Of a stretch of 64,000 bases of DNA, positions 35,801 to 42,551 are shown piece by piece; position 1 is the first letter of the stretch; every line of letters starts with the position of its first letter. Position numbers and translations under genes: made by a program. Origin of the DNA: an uncultured Cytophagia bacterium (GTDB lineage: Bacteria > Zhuqueibacterota > Zhuqueibacteria > Zhuqueibacterales > Zhuqueibacteraceae); contig CAYZFF010000001.1 of NCBI GenBank assembly GCA_964477305.1, positions 7,442 through 71,441 of the forward strand, written 5' to 3'. The notes below the pieces were generated by a model. That model searched no databases. It had not been told where the DNA came from and saw nothing but the letters and a program-made list of their open reading frames with translations.

Positions 35801-37676
35801 GCAATTGTCTGCCGCGGTCACACACATGGAAACGCGAATCGGCGGCGCTTCTAACTCGACAACGGTGACGACGCTCGGCAATCTTACCGCGGCGAGCGAT
35901 CATCTTTACCTCGCGGCGATTTCGATGCGGCCCAAAGTCAGCGTCGTTTCCGTTTCCGGCCTCGGTTTGAATTGGACATTGGTGCGCTCGAAATGTGCCG
36001 GCCGCAACACCACCGCAATTGAGGTGTGGATGGCACAAGGCACACCAACCGGAAGCGGCCCGGTGACGGCGGCCTTTGGCAGCGCGCCAAGCACTGCCGT
36101 GATAGCAGTCTCGCGTTATTCCGGCGTGGCAACAACAAACCCAATCGGCAACACGTTAGCCGGCAATACCAATGGCGCGAATGCGAGCGGCGCGTGCGCC
36201 GGCGGCGTTGATAAAAACTCGTATTCATTCAACCTCAACACCACGTTGAACGGCGCGGTGATTTATGGCGCGGCGGCATTGAAAGCGCGAACGCACACGC
36301 CGGGCGCTGGTTATGCGGAGCGCACTGAAGTTCATCAAGCGAGTGGCGCGAACACCAGTGGGCTCGCCGTGGAAGACAAAGCCATTGCTTCACCCGCCAC
36401 GATTGCAGTTAACGGCTCTTTCGGCGGCGTGGTGGATTGGGCGATGGTAGCGTTGGAGATCAAGCCGCGCGTGGTGTCGCAATATACGCTGACGGTGAAT
36501 ACGGTCGGCTCCGGCAATGTGACGTTGAATCCACCGGGCGGAATTTACCATCAAGGTACGCAGGTAACATTGACCGCCATCCCCACGATAGGATTTCAGT
36601 TTAATGGCTGGAGCGGCGCGCTCGCCGGATTGAACAATCCCGCCACAGTGCTGATCGACAGCAATAAAACCGTCACTGCCAATTTTGTCGCCAACGGCTC
36701 GATTGTGCATGAAGAAACCCAAAGCGGCGGTTCGGCCAATTCGACAATGGTGAAAACCGCGGCACTGGTAACCGGCGTGAGCGATCATGTTTATCTTGCC
36801 GCGATTTCGATGCGGCCCAAAGTGAAAGTGAATAGCGTGGCCGGCCTCGGATTAAATTGGACGCTGGTACGCGCCAAATGCGCCGGGCGCAACACCACCG
36901 GCCTCGAAATTTGGATGGCGCAGGGCGAGCCGAGCCGCGATGATTCGGTGCAAGCGATTTTCGCGAGCGCGCCGACCACCGCCGTGATCACGGTCTCGCG
37001 CTATTCCGGCGTGAATATTTCCGCGCCGCTCGGCAATATCGTCGCAGCGAACACGGTTGGTTTGAATGGCAGCGCGACTTGCAGCGGCGGCGTGGATAAC
37101 AACGCATATTTATTTAATCTCACCACCACAACCAACGGCGCGTTAATTTACAATGCCGTCGCGTTAAAAGCGCGCACGCACACCCCGGGCGCTGGTTACA
37201 CCGAGCGCCTCGAAGCGCAACAAATTGGCGGCAATCTCAACACAACGGTAGCACTGGCAGATCGCCACATTACCACGGCAGGAGTTGCCACGGTCAACGG
37301 CACCTTCAACGGCGCGGTGGATTGGGTCGCGGTTGCAGTGGAAATTAAACCGGAAACGCCGTTGAGCAAAAAAGGCCGCGACGCAGAAAATGCCCAACCA
37401 GTTGAATTGCCCGCGGCTTTTTATCTGGCGCAAAATTATCCGAATCCGTTTAATCCGGCTACGGTGATTTCGTATGGTTTGCCGAACGCCGCACGTATCA
37501 CGCTGAAAGTTTATAATCTCACCGGTCAGCTCGTTGCCACGCTGGTTGATGGCGAACAAACCGCCGGCCGTCACGAAGTGATGTTCAATGCCGCGCGCCT
37601 GCCGAGCGGCAATTATTTCACGGTTTTGCAAGCTGGCTCGATGCGATTGGTGCGACGCATGGTATTGATGAAATAA
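32820..37676 (+). CDS. giant secreted mosaic protein F: calcineurin-like metallophosphoesterase + PKD-like domain + IPT/TIG + 5 B-repeats + 3 unassigned modules + T9SS-type CTD
   Basis: MPE motifs: ATGDVPY, VHLGDVF, IPGDNE, LHGHGHAW. PKD-like region DAGPDQTI...LTADDGVLQTNDEVTI. Modules at 34500, 35814 and 36696. CTD NYPNPFNPATVISY. The track ORF starts at GTG 32808; the first ATG is 32820. Confidence 0.8.
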   Translation: MNNLGRRFRAMRAALVLGILERVQSNRCPQNKKISLTRSFHFCAFACWLALGASAWAQGQQIIFSATGDVPYNSTETATFQQQLTNHNKYSPSAFFVHLGDVFLGGEPCDSAHYAPIANMMKSLAVPVYTIPGDNETIDCDTAAVGLMRWKQYFINYEQNFCGATPTVHQAARPENWAFLKDGVLFVGINMVGGSSPYQLDADWIAEQLATHGTQVRAAVILSHIGPDKSTTFSTPFRQAAAAFGKPVLFLHGHGHAWSTGYPFPEPNIFRVQVENGSAEDPVEVTVTMDVTSPATAFVLKRNPWTSQTIVNMPPCVDAGPDQTIIFPQSATLTGGASDDGDPISPGTLTTVWSKISGPGTVNFANANALNTTASFGSIGIYVLRLTADDGVLQTNDEVTIEASDGVPIITSFSPIEGAAGTEVTLTGNYFSGATSVTFNNLGAASFVVDNATQIRATVPVGVTTGKIRITNTNGTGVSATDFTARYALALSTFGFGDVTLNPAGGIYEAGTVVTLTATPALGFQFSGWSGNLSGSSNPAMLTMNADKNVTAIFTSTSPIGQITHEETRTGGSSSSTTVKTSTALTAVGGQLYLAAISTRPKVSVTSVSGLGLSWTLVKAQCSGRNATSIEVWKAFGTPSGNDTVRATLASAPNNAALAVSRYSGVESVAPIGNFISGNTIGLNGACSGGVDTSFYSFNLTTTANNAMIYGAAAMRAKTHAPGAGYTERAEILQGGVSNTAASVAIEDQTFATAGTNIINGTLSSNVDWAVVALEMRPQLTLTLNTTGSGSITLSPPGGEYNPGTVVTLTATPATGFEFSGWSGDLSGSNNPVTLTMSSNKIVTAIFTPQLTLTTNTIGSGTLTLNPAGGIYNSGVVVRLTATPAMGFQFSGWSGDLSGAANPDSLTMNENKTVTATFIALPPPQYNLTVNKIGSGTVTLDPAGGVYNENTKVRLTATPAQDYEFTGWSGDLSSASPLDSLTMNANKTVTATFTQLSAAVTHMETRIGGASNSTTVTTLGNLTAASDHLYLAAISMRPKVSVVSVSGLGLNWTLVRSKCAGRNTTAIEVWMAQGTPTGSGPVTAAFGSAPSTAVIAVSRYSGVATTNPIGNTLAGNTNGANASGACAGGVDKNSYSFNLNTTLNGAVIYGAAALKARTHTPGAGYAERTEVHQASGANTSGLAVEDKAIASPATIAVNGSFGGVVDWAMVALEIKPRVVSQYTLTVNTVGSGNVTLNPPGGIYHQGTQVTLTAIPTIGFQFNGWSGALAGLNNPATVLIDSNKTVTANFVANGSIVHEETQSGGSANSTMVKTAALVTGVSDHVYLAAISMRPKVKVNSVAGLGLNWTLVRAKCAGRNTTGLEIWMAQGEPSRDDSVQAIFASAPTTAVITVSRYSGVNISAPLGNIVAANTVGLNGSATCSGGVDNNAYLFNLTTTTNGALIYNAVALKARTHTPGAGYTERLEAQQIGGNLNTTVALADRHITTAGVATVNGTFNGAVDWVAVAVEIKPETPLSKKGRDAENAQPVELPAAFYLAQNYPNPFNPATVISYGLPNAARITLKVYNLTGQLVATLVDGEQTAGRHEVMFNAARLPSGNYFTVLQAGSMRLVRRMVLMK
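34500..35156 (+). repeat. unassigned ~216-aa two-Cys module, copy F1
   Basis: GQITHEETRTGGSS...LYLAAIS...QCSGRN...VSRYSG...GACSGGVDT...HAPGAGYTER...VDWAVVALEMRPQ. Confidence 0.85.
35814..36467 (+). repeat. unassigned ~216-aa two-Cys module, copy F2
   Basis: AVTHMETRIGGAS...LYLAAIS...KCAGRN...VSRYSG...GACAGGVDK...HTPGAGYAER...VDWAMVALEIKP. Confidence 0.85.
36696..37352 (+). repeat. unassigned ~216-aa two-Cys module, copy F3
   Basis: GSIVHEETQSGGSA...VYLAAIS...KCAGRN...VSRYSG...ATCSGGVDN...HTPGAGYTER...VDWVAVAVEIKP. Confidence 0.85.
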
Positions 37677-37749
37677 AAAGTGGGACGAAAACGTAAGACG
37701 CAATGCGTGAAGCTTGGCTTGCGGTTTAAACTTTGACGTTTTACAGACG

Positions 37750-37799
37750 AACACGCCGTTTGTCCGCGCAACGTGGAACAAACGGCGTGTTTGTTTGTC
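37750..37799 (+). terminator. probable terminator hairpin downstream of protein F gene
   Basis: Perfect 14-bp stem AACACGCCGTTTGT (37750..37763) / ACAAACGGCGTGTT (37778..37791), 14-nt loop, followed by the T-rich TGTTTGT. Confidence 0.5.
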
Positions 37800-38032
37800 C
37801 CGTCAATTTCTGCAACAACTCGCCGTTGTGGGTACGAATAACCATGTAGTTATCACGCACAAACTCTTGCCATGGATTGGCTGCGCTCGTTGTGCCGTGC
37901 GCCTTTAATGGCGTCTTGCTGTGACAGGTCAGGGACAATGCGAGTGGCCGGTTTGACCCCAAATAACAATCTCGCGCCGAAGTCTTCGGTTAAAGGTTTT
38001 AACTGAACATAAATTGCTTTATCGTCACGGAT

Positions 38033-39256
38033 ATGAAAATTTTGTATGTCACCCCGTCGTTTCAACATCCAGCCATGCGCGGCCCGACGCGGTGTTATCA
38101 TTTTATTAAAGAATTGTCGCAGCGGCATAAAATTACCCTGATGGCGCTCTCCAACTGTGAAGTCGCCGAAGCGCCGCTGCGCGAGATGGCGGCGTATACC
38201 GAACGTATTGAAATTTTCAGCGCCAACGGCAAGTCCAACTCGTCAACCGCGACGGCCGTTGGACATGTGCCGGTGGTGGGCAAGAAAGTCAAGCGGGTTT
38301 TGCAGCGCCGTACCGGCATTGAGCAGATGAAGAAAGCCTTTGGGCAAATCGTAAAAAAGGGCGCATTCGATGTTGTGCTTTTTCACGGCAAAAGTATTTT
38401 TTCCGTGATCGAAGACTGGAATGACCGGCCGTTGGTGGTGGATTTTTGCGATGCCACCTCGATGCGCTATCAAAACAAAATGGATTATGCCAGTCCGGCC
38501 AAGCGGTTGTGGTATTCGCTGCGGTATCGCCAAATCAAGCAAATTGAAGATCGCATGATCGCGAAAACGCCGCATGTGGCGTTTGTTTCCTGGCGCGACC
38601 GCGAAGCCGTGCTTGGCGCGGAAGAGCGCGGCCGCGTCGTGCCCATCGGCGTCGATCATCGGTACTGGACGCGTAAAACCAATAAGCCGCGACCAAATTG
38701 TCTTGCGTTCACCGGCGTCATGAATTACGCGCCGAACGAAGATGCTGCAATTTTTTTGCTCGACAAAATTGCGCCGCTGGTTCGTCGTCAAATTCCGAAT
38801 TTGGAAATTCTCCTCATCGGGCGCGACCCCGCGCCGGTGTTACAAGAGAAGGCAAAACAATTTCCCGGTGTCACCGTCACCGGTTTCGTCGAGGATGTGC
38901 GCACTTATCTCGAACGCGCCAGCGTGTTTGTTGCGCCGCTGCGCTACGGCTCCGGCATTCAAAATAAAATTCTTGAAGCCATGTCGATGGAAATGCCCGT
39001 CATCACCACCTCGCTGGCCGAAGCCGGCCTGCGGGTGGATGGCGCCGGCACGCCGCCCGTCATCGTTGCCGATGGTGAAGAAAAATTTGCCCAAAGCATC
39101 GTTACGCTGCTTGGCCAAAAAGCGCAACGCCAACGTCTCGCCCGCGAAGGCCGGCGTTTTGTCGAAAGCCATTTTGTCTGGGCCAGCAGCGCCGCGAAGC
39201 TGGAGGAAATGTGCTTCGCCGCAGTTGGCACCAATGGTAAATATAAAAAAGGTTGA
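38033..39256 (+). CDS. GT-B fold glycosyltransferase (GT4/GT1-like)
   Basis: MKILYVTPSF start. C-terminal donor-binding region VFVAPLRYGSGIQNKILEAMSMEMPVITTSLAEAG (E-x7-E-like). Confidence 0.8.
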   Translation: MKILYVTPSFQHPAMRGPTRCYHFIKELSQRHKITLMALSNCEVAEAPLREMAAYTERIEIFSANGKSNSSTATAVGHVPVVGKKVKRVLQRRTGIEQMKKAFGQIVKKGAFDVVLFHGKSIFSVIEDWNDRPLVVDFCDATSMRYQNKMDYASPAKRLWYSLRYRQIKQIEDRMIAKTPHVAFVSWRDREAVLGAEERGRVVPIGVDHRYWTRKTNKPRPNCLAFTGVMNYAPNEDAAIFLLDKIAPLVRRQIPNLEILLIGRDPAPVLQEKAKQFPGVTVTGFVEDVRTYLERASVFVAPLRYGSGIQNKILEAMSMEMPVITTSLAEAGLRVDGAGTPPVIVADGEEKFAQSIVTLLGQKAQRQRLAREGRRFVESHFVWASSAAKLEEMCFAAVGTNGKYKKG

Positions 39257-39341
39257 AAATTCTTACTCTTTCCCTTACTCATTTTAAAATTCCACAAAAG
39301 CAAATAAGAGTTGGAGAAATGAGCCAGAATAAAAAACAATT

Positions 39342-40079
39342 ATGATATCCGTTGCATTGATTGGCCCGGATGGCGCGGGCAAAACCACTATCGCCCGCAT
39401 GATCGAAAAATCCTTTCCGGTGCCGATCAAATATTTATACATGGGCGTTAGTGTCGAGTCCAGCAATATCGCGTTGCCGACGACGCGTATCGTCGAATAT
39501 TTTAAGCGCCTGCGCCGCAAAAAGAAAGGCGTCACCGTCGCGAAAAACTTAGTGCCGCCGAATCGCAAAAATGGCAAACACAAAAAATCCGGTTTGCGCG
39601 CGATGCTGCGGCTCACAAACCGTCTCGCCGAAGAATGGTATCGCCAATATCTCTCGTGGAATTACCGCCGTCAAGGCCAAATCGTGATTTACGACCGGCA
39701 TTATAAATTCGATTTTGAATTGGACAAAGTCAAATTGCCCGGCGAAAAAATTCCCTTCACGGACTGGTTGCATCGCTGGTTTTTGGCGAAAGTTTATCCG
39801 GCGCCGGACATGGTGATTTATCTCGACGCGCCCGCCGAAGTGCTGTTCGCGCGCAAAGGCGAATTTACCCTGGAATGGCTCGATTCGCGCCGACAGGCGT
39901 TTATCACGCAGGGCAAAAAAACGCCCAATTTTTTTCAAATCGACGCCACCCAGCCGCTGGAAAAAGTTTTCGCCACTGTCACTGAGCGCATAATGCAGCA
40001 TTATCAAAAAAAAGGCGGACGCCGGCCGGCGGTTGAAAGAAATACAAATGGTAAAGTCATGGCCGGCAAAACGATTTAG
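39342..40079 (+). CDS. P-loop NMP/dNMP-kinase-fold protein (thymidylate-kinase-like), substrate unknown
   Basis: Walker A VALIGPDGAGKTTIA, then IVIYDRHY and VIYLDAPAEVLFARKGE. Paralogous to the C-terminal half of ORF 42544 (VALLAPDGAGKSTLA ... VVFDRYIYD ... VVLLDAPGKMLWERKHE). Confidence 0.55.
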   Translation: MISVALIGPDGAGKTTIARMIEKSFPVPIKYLYMGVSVESSNIALPTTRIVEYFKRLRRKKKGVTVAKNLVPPNRKNGKHKKSGLRAMLRLTNRLAEEWYRQYLSWNYRRQGQIVIYDRHYKFDFELDKVKLPGEKIPFTDWLHRWFLAKVYPAPDMVIYLDAPAEVLFARKGEFTLEWLDSRRQAFITQGKKTPNFFQIDATQPLEKVFATVTERIMQHYQKKGGRRPAVERNTNGKVMAGKTI

Positions 40080-40245
40080 TTTTAAGCATACGTTTTACGC
40101 TTTAAAAACCTTGTCGCCACTTCGTCAGGAGTTGAATGCGTAACCTGGCTGGATGCCGATTCGCCCCGCTTTTGCCATGCGCAAAAGCAGACGACGAAAG
40201 TACGGCGACGTTTAATTTTTACACTTTTTATCTCGAGGTCAGGTT

Positions 40246-41091
40246 ATGAAACAGGCATCCAGTTCTATCGCCGCGTCGCAACCCGCGATCGAAGCTGAAA
40301 GCGCCGGTCTATCGGTAAAAAGCCTTTTGGCGCGCGGCGCCCGCGCGTGGAAACTATCCACCGGCGCGATGCTATTCTTTAGTTTGATTCTGCCGGCCCT
40401 CGCCATGCTTGCCGGCGCGGCAAGCGCATTGCTGGGCAAGGAAGCCTATAAAGCGTTCACCGGCGAAGACGGCATCGCTGAAAATTTTCAGGTGCTCTTT
40501 TTTGCGCTGGCGTGGATTTTAACTTTTCCGGTGATCAGCCGTCTCTGGAAAGCCGGCGCCAAGCTTTTCGCCGCGATGTACATGGTGTTATGTCTCGGCC
40601 TCTTCTTCATCATTGGTGAAGAAGTGAGCTGGGGCCAGCGCCTCTTCGGTTGGGAAACTTCCGAAGAGATGAAAGCCATCAACAAACAGGAAGAAACCAA
40701 TATTCATAACATCGAAGGCATTGGCGATAAAATCAAATGGATTCACGTCATCATCGGCGCCTACGGCACCATCCTGCCGCTGGTTTTTCTTCGCGCCCAA
40801 ATGATGGCGCGCCCGCTTGACGCGGTGATGCTGCTCGTGCCGCATTTTACCTTGCTGCCCTATTTTTTCACCACGCTGGTTTGGCGCCTGCAGGCCAATT
40901 TATGGAAACCGCCAAAGAGCCTTTATTTCGTCATCACCGAATATTCCGAGGTGATGGAGTTGGTTTTGGCGATGGCATTTTTTGCCGTAGTGTTTTTTCA
41001 ATTCCGCAATCTCCGCGGCACCGCCACTCCCGTGCGCGTGGAAGATGAACCCGTGCTTAACAGCCGCGCTAAGTTTAATCATGCGCGATAG
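40246..41091 (+). CDS. polytopic membrane protein of unknown family with GEEVSWGQRLFGWET motif (paralogue of 41781)
   Basis: It has six or more predicted TM helices. The conserved block FFIIGEEVSWGQRLFGWETSEEMKAINKQEETNIHN...IIGAYGTILPL is shared with ORF 41781..42551. Confidence 0.6.
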   Translation: MKQASSSIAASQPAIEAESAGLSVKSLLARGARAWKLSTGAMLFFSLILPALAMLAGAASALLGKEAYKAFTGEDGIAENFQVLFFALAWILTFPVISRLWKAGAKLFAAMYMVLCLGLFFIIGEEVSWGQRLFGWETSEEMKAINKQEETNIHNIEGIGDKIKWIHVIIGAYGTILPLVFLRAQMMARPLDAVMLLVPHFTLLPYFFTTLVWRLQANLWKPPKSLYFVITEYSEVMELVLAMAFFAVVFFQFRNLRGTATPVRVEDEPVLNSRAKFNHAR

Positions 41092-41147
41092 CCTCGTCGG
41101 ATAATAATTCACCGTATGCGCAGTTAAGCATTTTTACGAGATCACCC

Positions 41148-41744
41148 ATGACCACCAAGAATAACCTGGCTTTGCAATTTGTCGTTGCGCTCGAAGAGAG
41201 CATTGAAACCAAACGGCGCGTTATCGAGAAAAGCATTCCCGTTTTGGAGAACATTGCCGAAGTTTTGATCAAGGCGCTGAAGACGGGAAACAAAATTTTA
41301 TTGTTCGGCAATGGCGGCAGCGCCGCAGATTCACAACACATTGCCGCCGAACTGGTCAGCCGTTTTTTGCGCGAGCGCAAAGCCTTGCCCGCCATTGCGT
41401 TGACCACGGACACCTCGATTCTTACCGCCATCGGCAACGATTATAGTTTTGACAATGTCTTCGCCCGGCAAATCGAAGCGCTGGGGTTGCCCGGCGACGT
41501 CGCCTTCGGCATCAGCACGAGCGGTAATTCGAAGAATGTCATCAAAGCCATGCAGGCCGCGAAACGGTTGGAGATGATCACCATCGGCTTCACTGGCGAA
41601 AATGGCGGCGGACTCAAAAACGACGTCGACTTTTGCTTTCATGCGCCGTCATCGAGCACGCCGCACATTCAAGAAGCGCATCTCGCCGTCGCGCACGCGC
41701 TTTGTGACGTGGTGGAGCGTGAATTTTCCACGACCGCGGAGTAG
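41148..41744 (+). CDS. gmhA: phosphoheptose isomerase (sedoheptulose-7-phosphate isomerase, SIS domain)
   Basis: Collinear with E. coli GmhA landmarks: KILLFGNGGSAADSQHIAAEL, AIALTTDTSILTAIGNDYSFDNVFARQIEALG, GISTSGNSKNVIKA, IQEAHLAVAH. Confidence 0.9.
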   Translation: MTTKNNLALQFVVALEESIETKRRVIEKSIPVLENIAEVLIKALKTGNKILLFGNGGSAADSQHIAAELVSRFLRERKALPAIALTTDTSILTAIGNDYSFDNVFARQIEALGLPGDVAFGISTSGNSKNVIKAMQAAKRLEMITIGFTGENGGGLKNDVDFCFHAPSSSTPHIQEAHLAVAHALCDVVEREFSTTAE

Positions 41745-41780
41745 AGGCTTTTGTAAAATTCTATTCGGTGAGAAACTCTC

Positions 41781-42551
41781 ATGAGTAACGTTGCGATTTC
41801 CACGCCGCCTTTGCAGCAAGATACCGCCACCGGTGGCTGGTTTAAGCGATTGCTGAACGCGAGTGCGAAAGAATGGAGACTTTCTCCCGGCCTGGTTGCC
41901 ATGCTCTGGTGGGCGCCGGTTGTTATTTTGCTCATCGGTGGCTTGGCGGCGGTAATCGGCGGCAATGTCTACCGCGTGCTTACCGGCGAAGATCGTCTCG
42001 CGGAAAATTTGCAGGTTTACTGCTGGCTGCTCGCGTTTGGCATGGGCTGGTTGGTCATTTCGCGCCTCGGCAAAGCCGGACGGTACGGCATGGCCTTTCT
42101 GTATTTTTGCCTCGTTGCCGGTATTTTTGTCATTATCGGCGAAGAAGTGAGTTGGGGACAAAGGCTGTTCGGCTGGGAAACGCCCGAAGCTTTGAAAGCC
42201 GTCAACCGGCAACACGAAATCAATATCCATAGCCTGGAAGGCATGGTCGACACGTTTCGGTCGCTGTATTTGTTGATTGGCGCCTACGGGACGATTTTAC
42301 CGTTGCTCTTTTGGAAAGCGCGATCGGCGGCTATTTATCAAAAGTTCATTTCTTTGCTGGTGCCGCATATTACACTGGTGCCCTATTTTCTGGCCACCTT
42401 CGCCTGGCGAATCTATCTAAGCTTCTGGAAATTGCCGGAGAAATATTATTTCGAGATTTCAAAGTATTCGGAAGTCGTCGAATTGATTCTCGCGCTGGGA
42501 TTTCTATTGTTTATGAGTTTTCAGTTTAGGAAAATAAAACCGCATGGATAG
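41781..42551 (+). CDS. polytopic membrane protein of unknown family with GEEVSWGQRLFGWET motif (paralogue of 40246)
   Basis: Shares the block FVIIGEEVSWGQRLFGWETPEALKAVNRQHEINIHS...LIGAYGTILPL and has the same topology as ORF 40246. Its stop overlaps the next start by 8 nt. Confidence 0.6.
   Translation: MSNVAISTPPLQQDTATGGWFKRLLNASAKEWRLSPGLVAMLWWAPVVILLIGGLAAVIGGNVYRVLTGEDRLAENLQVYCWLLAFGMGWLVISRLGKAGRYGMAFLYFCLVAGIFVIIGEEVSWGQRLFGWETPEALKAVNRQHEINIHSLEGMVDTFRSLYLLIGAYGTILPLLFWKARSAAIYQKFISLLVPHITLVPYFLATFAWRIYLSFWKLPEKYYFEISKYSEVVELILALGFLLFMSFQFRKIKPHG

Noticed and set aside
13427-37352. Diversity-generating retroelement or other targeted hypervariation acting on the 11 module copies.
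   Set aside because: There is no reverse transcriptase gene and no non-coding template repeat matching a module. Differences between copies are spread over all positions and all base types, with no visible restriction to adenine-templated sites. Ordinary paralogue divergence plus cassette exchange explains the pattern.
13200-37400. CRISPR-like or tandem-repeat periodicity. Units of about 225 nt and about 650 nt recur many times.
   Set aside because: The repeats are in-frame protein-domain repeats (B-repeat-like units and the 216-aa module) and are diverged at the nucleotide level. There are no short identical direct repeats with unique spacers, no leader and no cas genes.
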